The notes under the pieces are model-generated. The model was not told the DNA's origin and searched no databases. It was given only the letters and a program-made list of their open reading frames with translations. Shown piece by piece: positions 48,372-57,184 of a DNA stretch of 64,000 bases. Position numbers and translations under genes: made by a program. Each line of letters starts with the position of its first letter. Position 1 is the first letter of the stretch. The DNA is from an uncultured Ectothiorhodospiraceae bacterium (GTDB lineage Bacteria > Pseudomonadota > Gammaproteobacteria > UBA9214): NCBI GenBank assembly GCA_964564245.1, contig CAZMAK010000002.1, forward strand, positions 21,028 to 85,027. Direction: 5' to 3'.

Positions 48372-50912
48372 CTATTGCACCAGCATGGCCGCACTGCCCA
48401 GCATGGCCGCACAGGTCGCCTTCACGATCTGTTCCGAACGTACGCTGGTGGCACAGGTCGGACTCGCACCACTCGCACAGGCCGTCAGGGTCTGGATCAG
48501 GGACTCCAGTTCGGTCGTGGTGGCGGCCGGGTCCGGCTGTACCGTCAGCCCGGTATTGAATACATGATCCAGCAGTGGCTGGATCACCAGGTTGCGCTTG
48601 GCCGGGCTGTCGAATGCCGTATCGGCCGTCTCCGGGGGCAGCCCGCTGGCGAAGAATCCCGGGAAGTAGGCCTCGCGGGTGATGCTGCCCTGGTTGTCGA
48701 CCAGGGCACTGCAATACTCGATGGCCAGCTGCGCGATCGCCATCTGCTGCGCGGACAGGAAGCCGTCGATGCTTTCCACTGTCGGCAGCTGCTGCTTGAT
48801 GGTCGTGTAGACGTTCTTCACGCCGCTCTGTTCGCGACTGACGCCGGTGATTGCCGCCATGCTGGCGTCGATCTCGTCGAACGTGCGGATGCCGATATCG
48901 GAGGCCGGCGGCAGGTCCGGCGGCGCGGCCGGTGCCAGCGGGGCTGCTTCGGTAACGACATGGGTATCATTGCCCAGCGTCTCGAAGGTCAGGAAGAACT
49001 CGTCGTAATCCGGCCCCTTCTCCAGTGCGATGACGGTACCGAGCGGAGACAGTACCTGTCCGGTACCCGGCGTATAGAGCGCTGCACTGATACTCGTGTC
49101 CAGGTTGCGGTAGGCCTGGCCGACCGCGGCCTCCTTGCCGTTGATGCCGATGCGCATGCCGGACAGCGGGATGTTGTCGGGCGTCACGGCCGGATCGAGT
49201 ACGATGAAACGCGGCTTGTTGAACAGGTAGCTGTAGCTGTCGAACTGGCTGACCTCGAACAGCACATAGCTGTCCGCGATGCCGGTGTGTGCGGAGACAT
49301 TGAACAGCACGAAGAACTTCTCGCCGACTCCGACACTGTAGTTCTGCTGGATCTGTTCCGGTGTCAGGGCACGATTGTGGATGGCCACCATGCGCAGCTT
49401 GCCCTGCCACTGGCGGTCACCCGACACCTCGTTGCCGAGCACGAAGGCGAAGCTGTCATCCCAGTCGTTCAGATTACCGCCCGGGACCGGGTCCATGTCT
49501 CCGGTGAACACGCCGTTGACGTAGACGCGCCGGCCGTTGACCGGGTCGTAGGTCACCACCACGTGCTGCAGTGTGGCCTGCAGGTCCTCGTCCGCATCGG
49601 CGGTCTTCAGTTCCGGCATGCCGTTCGCGTCGGTCGTGCTGCTGCGCTGCAGGAAGTCGTAGCTGTACTTGGTCTGGCCCAGCGTGAAATTGCGTGCGTC
49701 CGTACCTGCCGAGTAACTGACGATCCTGGCCGGTCCTTCCTGCGAGATGTTGGCCGGTACCACCCAGGCCTCGATGCTGTACTCGCCGGTGGCGGTGATC
49801 AGGTCGTGCAGCTTGCGACTGCTGGTGGTGGTGGCCTGTGCCTTGCCGCTGGTGATGTCGATACCCCAGCCGCCGACCCAGGTCACGCCACCGCTCAGGG
49901 TCAGGTGCATTTCTGGCGACACACCACTGGTGTCATAGGCAATATTGCCGCTGCCCTCCTTGAACTGGTAGAGCGCGATCACGTTGTCATCGATGCGGTT
50001 GCCACCGCTGGCGACAATGCCGTCCACCAGCTTCATGGCCTTGCTGGTCACCAGCGCGGGGTTGATCTGTGTCGGGCTGATTGCACCGGCGAACTGGCTG
50101 ATGGCGGCCTCCATGATATCCGCCGAGGCGGCACAGTCGGAGCTGCCGGTATTGTTCGGGTCCCAGCAGTTGTGAAACTCGTTGCGCAGACGCACCACGA
50201 AGCGCGAATTGGCCGGATTGTCCAGGTCCATCTTGGATTTGGCATTCTCGTAGGCCGAATCCGGATCGGCAGTGGCGAAGAACGGGGCCTGCGGGGTACT
50301 GGACGAGTCGGTATGGCAACCCGAGCAGTGGGCAGTCAGGATCGGGTGGACCGTGCTGGCAAACAGCCCGGAATCCGCCGGGAAGCTCTTGCTGTCGCCC
50401 GGGTCGACCAGCACCGGTGCGGTCAGCGCGACCACGGTGCCGCCACTGGTCACGCCACCTGCCCAGGCATTGATATAGGCGGTAATGGTGTCGGCGCAGG
50501 CCTGCCAGTCCGCGGGCGTCGTACCCAGCCAGCAGTTGTGACCGCTGGCCACCTTGGTGACCATGGTTGAGCTGGCCGGGCTGTCGAGATTGATGACCGT
50601 GTTGGCTTCCGCGTAGGCCAGGTTGATGTCGTCACTGCGCACGAAGGCCGGCGTCTGGCCACCGGCGACGTGACAGCTGCCGCAGCGGTTGGTCGGAACG
50701 AGCTTGTCCCAGACATTCAGCTTGAAGGCCTGGATGTCGGCGGTCACGGGTGCGGGTCCGCTGTAGTTCGAGGCGTCACTGACGGTAACCGACGGCGCCT
50801 GGTTGGTCGTGGTGTCCGCGCCACCGCCACAGGCGCCGAGCGCCAGCGTGACCAGCAGCAGGGCCAGTACACGGACCCTCGTGTGCAGCATTTGCCTGAT
50901 GGATTCGCTCAT
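48372..50912 (-). CDS. Secreted lipoprotein with two CxxCH...HNCW cytochrome-c-like modules and a LamG-like (concanavalin) domain
   Basis: Lipobox LALGACGGG; CGSCH...GHNCW and CSGCH...FHNCW repeats; LamG-like segment (GEYSIEAWVVPANISQE); Planctomycete-cytochrome-type architecture. Confidence 0.7.
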   Translation of the reverse strand: MSESIRQMLHTRVRVLALLLVTLALGACGGGADTTTNQAPSVTVSDASNYSGPAPVTADIQAFKLNVWDKLVPTNRCGSCHVAGGQTPAFVRSDDINLAYAEANTVINLDSPASSTMVTKVASGHNCWLGTTPADWQACADTITAYINAWAGGVTSGGTVVALTAPVLVDPGDSKSFPADSGLFASTVHPILTAHCSGCHTDSSSTPQAPFFATADPDSAYENAKSKMDLDNPANSRFVVRLRNEFHNCWDPNNTGSSDCAASADIMEAAISQFAGAISPTQINPALVTSKAMKLVDGIVASGGNRIDDNVIALYQFKEGSGNIAYDTSGVSPEMHLTLSGGVTWVGGWGIDITSGKAQATTTSSRKLHDLITATGEYSIEAWVVPANISQEGPARIVSYSAGTDARNFTLGQTKYSYDFLQRSSTTDANGMPELKTADADEDLQATLQHVVVTYDPVNGRRVYVNGVFTGDMDPVPGGNLNDWDDSFAFVLGNEVSGDRQWQGKLRMVAIHNRALTPEQIQQNYSVGVGEKFFVLFNVSAHTGIADSYVLFEVSQFDSYSYLFNKPRFIVLDPAVTPDNIPLSGMRIGINGKEAAVGQAYRNLDTSISAALYTPGTGQVLSPLGTVIALEKGPDYDEFFLTFETLGNDTHVVTEAAPLAPAAPPDLPPASDIGIRTFDEIDASMAAITGVSREQSGVKNVYTTIKQQLPTVESIDGFLSAQQMAIAQLAIEYCSALVDNQGSITREAYFPGFFASGLPPETADTAFDSPAKRNLVIQPLLDHVFNTGLTVQPDPAATTTELESLIQTLTACASGASPTCATSVRSEQIVKATCAAMLGSAAMLVQ

Positions 50913-50915
50913 GGC

Positions 50916-52109
50916 TCAGTCACCCATGCAGTAGACCGCGGTTTCGGCAAACGCGGTCTTCATGTTGTAGTTCTGGGAGCGGAAATCCGCCGTGATTGCA
51001 TCGACCTCGTTGCGGTCCGCCGTATTGCCCGGTTCGCGCAGGCAGACGGTACGGAAGATCTTTTCCACCTGGCACTGTGCGAAGGCATTGCTGTCCGCCA
51101 GTTCCTGCCCCAGCGACTTGGCGCCGCTGCCACTGCCGGTCAGCGCGGAATCCCAGCCCAGCAGGGCATTCGGGCCGTTGCGCCAGTAATTGTCCCAGTG
51201 GTCGTCCGGGGTCACATAGCCGTATTTGAAGTTGTCCGAGTTGATGGTGTACTTGGGCTGCACGACACCGTCGGTGTACTCCAGGCTGCCGCTGGTGTCG
51301 TTGAAGTTGTAGTAGGCAAAGGCCTGCACCATCGGGTCCATGCCGCTGTGACAGCCCACGCAGGAGTTCAGGAAGATGCGGCTGTCTCCGCCCGGGCTGC
51401 GCGAGACATCCTGCCGGATCCGGTCCGGCGGACGTGTGGTGTCCTTGAGCTCCTCCATGTCGCTGCACAGGTGATTGAGCATCGTGAAGCGGAACATGGC
51501 GCGGTTGGTGCCGGCAATGAAGAATGCGGCGGCGGCGGCGCGCGTGGTCATGACGCCGGCCGTCGCGGCGGGTGGCAGGGAGGTCAGTGCGGACTGCTGG
51601 CGCTGTACCAGCGCGGTCTTCAGGTCGATGCCCTGGTTCTCCAGGGCCTCGTAGTGGTCGTTGTTGTCCATGCTGTAGGGCGGCAGTCCCAGTGCGGGAT
51701 CGCCGATGTACAGGATGTCGCCGGACAACACCTGGTTGAACGGTACGTCGTCGCGGATCATGCCGATGACCGTGGCGGTGTAGTCATTGAGCGGTGCAAA
51801 TACCGTCTGGTCACGGTTGGTCCAGGGGGTGACGAAATTCTTCAGCGTCACGTTGTAGAAGGCACTGTTGTCCATGGCCATCTGTGCGGCGCCAATGGCG
51901 TCATTGTTGACGATGGCGGTTTCCATGTCTCCCAGAACGGTTTCCGATGGCGGGATGCCGGCCAGCCGGTCATGGATGCGCTTTGCCTGGCGGCGTTCGA
52001 GGTCGCCGGCCAGGGCGGTGGCCGCGACGGTCACGGTCAGCAGGATTAACAGGCCCGCGTGCCGGAGCACCGGAAAACGACGGATAGTTCGTTCGGTTGG
52101 AGAACGCAT
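50916..52109 (-). CDS. Secreted CxxCH-motif protein (cytochrome-c-like domain protein of unknown function)
   Basis: Signal peptide; single CVGCH motif; 3 nt upstream of the 846-aa gene. Confidence 0.65.
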   Translation of the reverse strand: MRSPTERTIRRFPVLRHAGLLILLTVTVAATALAGDLERRQAKRIHDRLAGIPPSETVLGDMETAIVNNDAIGAAQMAMDNSAFYNVTLKNFVTPWTNRDQTVFAPLNDYTATVIGMIRDDVPFNQVLSGDILYIGDPALGLPPYSMDNNDHYEALENQGIDLKTALVQRQQSALTSLPPAATAGVMTTRAAAAAFFIAGTNRAMFRFTMLNHLCSDMEELKDTTRPPDRIRQDVSRSPGGDSRIFLNSCVGCHSGMDPMVQAFAYYNFNDTSGSLEYTDGVVQPKYTINSDNFKYGYVTPDDHWDNYWRNGPNALLGWDSALTGSGSGAKSLGQELADSNAFAQCQVEKIFRTVCLREPGNTADRNEVDAITADFRSQNYNMKTAFAETAVYCMGD

Positions 52110-52150
52110 CGATTATGCCCCGGCTCTGGTTAGTTGGTCGGGATGCCCTT

Positions 52151-52189
52151 CGGTCCCTGGGTTCCTGTGAGCATCGGTCCCTGTGAGCA
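52151..52189. promoter_or_regulatory. Tandem copies of the element TCGGTCCCTG(GGTTCC)TGTGAGCA in a divergent promoter region
   Basis: CGGTCCCTG at 52151 and 52175, CTGTGAGCA at 52166 and 52181. Confidence 0.25.
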
Positions 52190-52351
52190 AATCCTGATGG
52201 CTGGATGAGAAAAATTCTGTGACCCACCTCGCGGTTCGGTACTGCCGGTATCCCTATAGTGACTGTGCGTATTTGCAGCCACGGCAACTGTGCGGCCGGT
52301 CACAACCGGCTGCACCGTTATCAGGTTTTCCATCCGGAGCGCCGATTACCC

Positions 52352-54934
52352 ATGACCATGAACATCCATTCCAGAAACATCCCTGCAGCATTCCTGGCCA
52401 CCTGGCTGGCTGCCGCGCTGCTGTTGTCCGGCTGTGGCGGCGGTAGCGGGGGTAACGGACAGGACCCGGACCCGCTGGTGTCGGATTACGGCATGGCGTT
52501 CGTCAAACGGCCGCTGGCCGTGGATGGAACGACGGGTGCCGTCATACAGCCGGACATCACGGAGGTGGAATCCTACACAGCGGGTGGTGACCTGTATTAC
52601 CGCGACCTCGTTTCGCCCGGCGCCCCGCAACGCAACATCACCGGCGCGGTGACCGGCGGCCTGGGGGATGTCAAGGACGTCGAGGTCTCATACGACGGTA
52701 TGCGCCTGCTGTTTGCCCTGCGCCTGCCCGATATCGACGGCCTCGATCCCGAGGACCAGCCGACCTGGAATATCTGGGAATACGATATCCAGACAGATGA
52801 CCTGCATCGCGTCATCAGCTCGGACATCACGGCGGAGGCCGGCCAGGATATCGCGCCGCACTACCTGCCGGATGGCCGCATCATCTTTTCCTCGACGCGC
52901 CAGCGTCAGTCCAAGGCGACACTGCTCGATGAAAACAAGGCACAGTTTTCCGCGCTGGTTGAGGATCTCGGTCTCGGGGAGCACGCCATGGTCCTGCACG
53001 TCATGGATGGCGATGGCGGTAATATCCACCAGGTGTCGATGAACCAGAGTCACGACCTGGTGTCGACGGTGCTGGACACCGGCGAGGTGGTATTCAGCCG
53101 CTGGGACCACATGGGGGGTCGTGACGCCGTCAGCCTGTACCGGATGCATCCGGACGGATCCGAGTTGCAGCCGTACTACGGCGTGCACAGCCATGACACC
53201 GGCACCAATGGCGCCACGGTACAGTTCCTGCAGCCGCACCAGTTGCAGGATGGACGACTGATGACCATCCTGCTGCCGTTTACCGGCTCCTGGCGTGGCG
53301 GTGACCTGGTGACGATCGATGTCGACAATTACCTCGACAACACCTATGCGACGGCCGCCAACCAGGGTGTGCTGTCCGGCCCGGCCCAGGAAGCGGCTAC
53401 CGCCAACGAAGTGCATACCGATGGAACCATTTCCCCCGGCGGACGGTTCCGGTCGGCGTGGCCGCTGAATGACGGAACCGGCCGCGTACTGGTCAGCTGG
53501 AGTGCGTGCCGCGTACTGGTGAACAACCAGCCCCAGCCGTGCACGGCCGCCAACCTGGCAGCCCCGGCGCCGGTCGAAGCCGACCCGATCTACGGCATCT
53601 TCCTGTACGACCGGGACAACGGGACCCAGTTGCCGATCGTGGTGCCGCAGGAAGGCTTCGAGTTCAGCGACGTGGTGGCTGCCACCCCGCACCCGGTGCC
53701 GCCGATCCTGTATGACAAGCAGCGCGGGGTCGAGCTGGAGTCGCAGGCCTACGACGAAGGGGTCGGCTATCTCGACATCCGCAGCGTCTACGATGTCGAC
53801 GGTGTCGATACTGCGCCGGGTGGCATTGCGGCCACCGCCGATCCGGTACAGACACCGGCGTCCGCGCGCCCCGCCCGCTTCCTGCGCATCGTCAAGGCCG
53901 TCGGTATCCCCGACCGGAACACCAGGGTCGTGCCGGCCACCGCCTTCGGGCGCAGCACCGGGCAACTGATGCGCGAGATCATCGGCTACGTACCGGTGCA
54001 GCCGGATGGTTCAGTGCGCGTGAAGGTGCCGGCCAATGTACCGCTGGCCATCAGTGTGCTGGATGCCGAGGGCAAGCGCATCGGCGCCCGGCACCAGAAC
54101 TGGCTGCAGGTGCTGCCGGGCGAGACGGTGCAGTGCAACGGCTGCCACGACCACGCCAGTGGTGTCGCGCATGCCAATCCCCGGGGACCGGCGCCGGTCT
54201 GGGGCGGTGCCCAGGCCACCGGCGTAGAATTTCCCGATACCGACCCTGCCCTGTCACCGGATTATGGCGAGACCATGGCCGAGACCCTGACTCGCTTCGA
54301 ACCGGCCACCCTGCTCCCTGCCGTCGACGTGAGCTATGAAGACGTCTGGACCGATCCGAACGTGCAAACGCCGGACGCCTCGTTTTCCTATCGCTACGCC
54401 GACCTGACCACCCCGGTACCGACCACGGCGGCCTGCCAGACCGCCTGGACTCCCCTGTGCCGGATCGTCATCCACTACGTGCAGCACATCCACCCGCTGT
54501 GGAGTTTCGACCGCGGTGCCAACACCTGCACGAGTTGCCACAACCACGTCGATGCGGCCAATGCCCCCATGGTGCCGGCGGCACAGCTCGACCTGAGCGA
54601 CGGGGTCGATCCGGTCGTCACGGAACAGTTCAGTGCCTACCGTCAGCTGCTCTTCCCGCATGACGAGCTGGAAATCGGCACGTCCGGCAACCTGGAGCCA
54701 GTGATGGTGCCGGGACCGCCGGACCCGGTTACGGGCCTGCCGACGGCCCCGGTCACGGTGACGGTGAATCCGGTGATGAGTCCGGCGGGCGCCCGTGCCA
54801 GCGCCGCCTTCTTCGCGCCCTTCGCCGCCGGCGCATCACATGACGGATTTCTGACGCCTGCAGAATTGCGGCTGTTGGCCGAATGGCTGGATATCGGCGC
54901 GCAGTATTACAACGATCCGTTCGCCGTACCGTGA
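52352..54934 (+). CDS. Lipoprotein with PD40/TolB-like beta-propeller repeats and two CxxCH motifs. Start trimmed to MTMNIH.
   Basis: Lipobox LLSGCGGG; PD40-like DIAPHYLPDGRIIFSS; CNGCH and CTSCH motifs. Confidence 0.7.
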   Translation: MTMNIHSRNIPAAFLATWLAAALLLSGCGGGSGGNGQDPDPLVSDYGMAFVKRPLAVDGTTGAVIQPDITEVESYTAGGDLYYRDLVSPGAPQRNITGAVTGGLGDVKDVEVSYDGMRLLFALRLPDIDGLDPEDQPTWNIWEYDIQTDDLHRVISSDITAEAGQDIAPHYLPDGRIIFSSTRQRQSKATLLDENKAQFSALVEDLGLGEHAMVLHVMDGDGGNIHQVSMNQSHDLVSTVLDTGEVVFSRWDHMGGRDAVSLYRMHPDGSELQPYYGVHSHDTGTNGATVQFLQPHQLQDGRLMTILLPFTGSWRGGDLVTIDVDNYLDNTYATAANQGVLSGPAQEAATANEVHTDGTISPGGRFRSAWPLNDGTGRVLVSWSACRVLVNNQPQPCTAANLAAPAPVEADPIYGIFLYDRDNGTQLPIVVPQEGFEFSDVVAATPHPVPPILYDKQRGVELESQAYDEGVGYLDIRSVYDVDGVDTAPGGIAATADPVQTPASARPARFLRIVKAVGIPDRNTRVVPATAFGRSTGQLMREIIGYVPVQPDGSVRVKVPANVPLAISVLDAEGKRIGARHQNWLQVLPGETVQCNGCHDHASGVAHANPRGPAPVWGGAQATGVEFPDTDPALSPDYGETMAETLTRFEPATLLPAVDVSYEDVWTDPNVQTPDASFSYRYADLTTPVPTTAACQTAWTPLCRIVIHYVQHIHPLWSFDRGANTCTSCHNHVDAANAPMVPAAQLDLSDGVDPVVTEQFSAYRQLLFPHDELEIGTSGNLEPVMVPGPPDPVTGLPTAPVTVTVNPVMSPAGARASAAFFAPFAAGASHDGFLTPAELRLLAEWLDIGAQYYNDPFAVP

Positions 54935-54956
54935 TGACTGACGAGTAGAACTGTCT

Positions 54957-55730
54957 GTGAATCGAGCCGGGGAGGAACGCGGTTGCCGGGGACGCCTGCA
55001 CTGGTTGGCAGGTGTCCTGCTGTACGGGTGTGCGCTGGCGGCACAGGCCGCGGATGCGGACTACTACCAGGTGCGCGTGGCGGCCCCTTACCTGGAGTTG
55101 CATACCGGCCCCGGACGCGGCTACCCCGTATTCTACGTGGTCGACCGCGGCGAACTGGTCGACGTGGTCAAGCGCCGCACGGACTGGTTCCTGGTGCGCA
55201 GTGCGCGCGGCAAGGAAGGCTGGGTGAAGCGTGCCGACATGGAACTGACCGTTTCGCCGGAAGGTGCCCCGACACAGTTTTCCGAGGCCGGGTTCGGGGA
55301 TTTTTCCCGGCGCCGCCGGGAACTCGGGGTGATGGCAGGGGATTTCGAGGGGGCAAATGTCATGACCACCTATGCCGGTTACTACCTGACCCGCAACCTG
55401 TCGGCGGAGCTGCAGTTTTCGCAGGTGTTCGGAAGCTATTCCAATGCGCTCAGCGCCACGGTCAACGTGCTGGCGCAACCGTTTCCGGAGTGGCGCCTGT
55501 CGCCCTATTTTCTGCTGGGTACCGGCGTCATCCGCACCAACCCGAATGTCACGCTGGTGAGCGAGCAGGACCGTAACGAGCAGATTGCACAGGCCGGGAT
55601 CGGCGCGCGCTGGTATCTGACCCGTCGCTTCATCCTGCGGGCCGAATACCAGAACCACGTCATCTTCCAGAACACGGATGACAACCAGGAGATCAACGAA
55701 TGGAAAGCCGGGTTTGCCTTTTTCTTCTGA
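54957..55730 (+). CDS. Outer-membrane beta-barrel protein with N-terminal SH3b domain
   Basis: Signal peptide; SH3b-like YYQVRVAAPYLELHTGPG...WVKRADM; amphipathic beta strands ending in C-terminal FAFFF. Confidence 0.65.
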   Translation: MNRAGEERGCRGRLHWLAGVLLYGCALAAQAADADYYQVRVAAPYLELHTGPGRGYPVFYVVDRGELVDVVKRRTDWFLVRSARGKEGWVKRADMELTVSPEGAPTQFSEAGFGDFSRRRRELGVMAGDFEGANVMTTYAGYYLTRNLSAELQFSQVFGSYSNALSATVNVLAQPFPEWRLSPYFLLGTGVIRTNPNVTLVSEQDRNEQIAQAGIGARWYLTRRFILRAEYQNHVIFQNTDDNQEINEWKAGFAFFF

Positions 55731-55735
55731 GACCG

Positions 55736-56371
55736 GTGCTGGCGCCGGTGCTGGTGGTCGCCCTGGGCGGTTGTTCGTGGCTGCACGACAGGGAACAACC
55801 GGTCTACAGCGATTCGGAACCGGTGATCAAGCCGGAGATCGAACGGCGCACCATCACGGAGGCCAACATCGACAGCGAGGACATCGAGGTCGGTGCCTTC
55901 GCCGGCGTGATGAGTATCGAGGACTTCGGCAGCAATGTCGTGGCCGGTGCCCGGTTCGATTATCACGTGACCGAGGATTTCTTCGTCGAGGGCGCACTTG
56001 GCGCGAGCCGTGCCGGCAAGACCAGCTATGAGACCCTGAGTGGCGGTTCACAGCTGCTGACCGGCAGCCAGCGCAACCTGCGCTACTACAACCTGTCCGC
56101 GGGCTACAACCTGCTGCCGGGGGAGAGTTTCTTCGGGGGCAAGCATGCCTTCAACAGCGCTGTATACCTGATGGCAGGGGTCGGCAACACCGAGTTTGCC
56201 GATGAAAGCCACTTTACCGTCAACGCCGGTGCCGGCTACCGTTTCCTGGTCAACGACTGGGTGGCGCTGCATCTCGATTTCAAGGACCACATCTTCAGTT
56301 CCGATCTGCTTGGAACCAGCAAGACCACCCACAACCTGGAAGCTACTGCCGGTGTATCCGTATTCTTCTGA
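55736..56371 (+). CDS. Outer-membrane beta-barrel lipoprotein. GTG 55736 preferred; the ORF-track ATG 55700 overlaps the preceding gene.
   Basis: LAPVLVVALGGCS lipobox; C-terminal ...GVSVFF; OmpA-like 8-strand barrel pattern. Confidence 0.55.
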   Translation: MLAPVLVVALGGCSWLHDREQPVYSDSEPVIKPEIERRTITEANIDSEDIEVGAFAGVMSIEDFGSNVVAGARFDYHVTEDFFVEGALGASRAGKTSYETLSGGSQLLTGSQRNLRYYNLSAGYNLLPGESFFGGKHAFNSAVYLMAGVGNTEFADESHFTVNAGAGYRFLVNDWVALHLDFKDHIFSSDLLGTSKTTHNLEATAGVSVFF

Positions 56372-56381
56372 GGAGGCTCAC

Positions 56382-56954
56382 ATGCGTAACCTGATTCCTG
56401 CACTGCCGAAACCGGTCAGCCATTCATTTCTTTACGGCATGGCGCCTCTGCGCCTTTGCGTGAAAAACCTGTTTGCGCCGTTCATGGGCGCCGCCCTGAT
56501 CCTGCTGGCGAGCGTCGCGGTGGCCGGCACCACGGCGTCCCCGGCGCCGGACTTCACCCTGAAGAGCAACAGCGGCGAAAACCTGAAGCTCAGCGAGCTG
56601 CGTGGCGATGTCGTGCTGATCAATTTCTGGGCGTCCTGGTGCGGACCCTGCCGGCAGGAGATGCCGTTGCTGAGCGAACTGCATGACAAGTACAAGGATC
56701 TGGGCTTCACCGTGCTGGGTGTCAACGTGGAGGAGAATTCCGCCCAGGCACGCAAGCTGCTGAAGGAGTCTCCGGTCAGCTTCCCGGTGCTGTTCGACAA
56801 TGACAGCACGGTCAGCAAGGAATACAACGTGGTCGCGATGCCGAGCACGGTACTGGTGGATCGCGATGGCAACGTGCGTTACCTGCACAAGGGCTACCAG
56901 CCGGGCGATGAAACCACTTACCTGGACAAGGTGCGCAACCTGATCCGGGAGTGA
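56382..56954 (+). CDS. TlpA-family periplasmic thiol:disulfide oxidoreductase
   Basis: AGGAGG RBS; signal/TM; FWASWCGPCRQE active site. Confidence 0.8.
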   Translation: MRNLIPALPKPVSHSFLYGMAPLRLCVKNLFAPFMGAALILLASVAVAGTTASPAPDFTLKSNSGENLKLSELRGDVVLINFWASWCGPCRQEMPLLSELHDKYKDLGFTVLGVNVEENSAQARKLLKESPVSFPVLFDNDSTVSKEYNVVAMPSTVLVDRDGNVRYLHKGYQPGDETTYLDKVRNLIRE

Positions 56955-57184
56955 CGGGAATGAAACTGCAATTGCCGCTGCTGCTGTGCGCCGGGCTGCT
57001 GCTGGGAGGTTGCAGCCACCTTGAGCCGTGGGTGAAGCCGTATGAGCGCGCCAACCTGGCCGATCCGGTCATGAGCGCGGACCGGGACCCGGTATCCAGC
57101 GCCTATATCGCCCATGTGTACCCGGTACGCGAGGCGGCGCGCGGCGCCGCGGGCGGGCACGGAGGCGGCTGTGGCTGTAACTAG
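56951..57184 (+). CDS. DUF4266 small lipoprotein (C-terminal GGGCGCN)
   Basis: Lipobox LLGGCS; C-terminal GHGGGCGCN; ATGA overlap with tlpA-like gene; typical neighbour of DUF3570. Confidence 0.65.
   Translation: MTGMKLQLPLLLCAGLLLGGCSHLEPWVKPYERANLADPVMSADRDPVSSAYIAHVYPVREAARGAAGGHGGGCGCN

Noticed and set aside
48159-50570. 803-aa plus-strand ORF
   Set aside because: Antisense to the 846-aa CxxCH/LamG lipoprotein gene. Its translation is Arg/Gly-rich low-complexity text typical of high-GC antisense frames, with no signal peptide or motifs. The minus-strand frame has a lipobox and conserved CxxCH...HNCW repeats.
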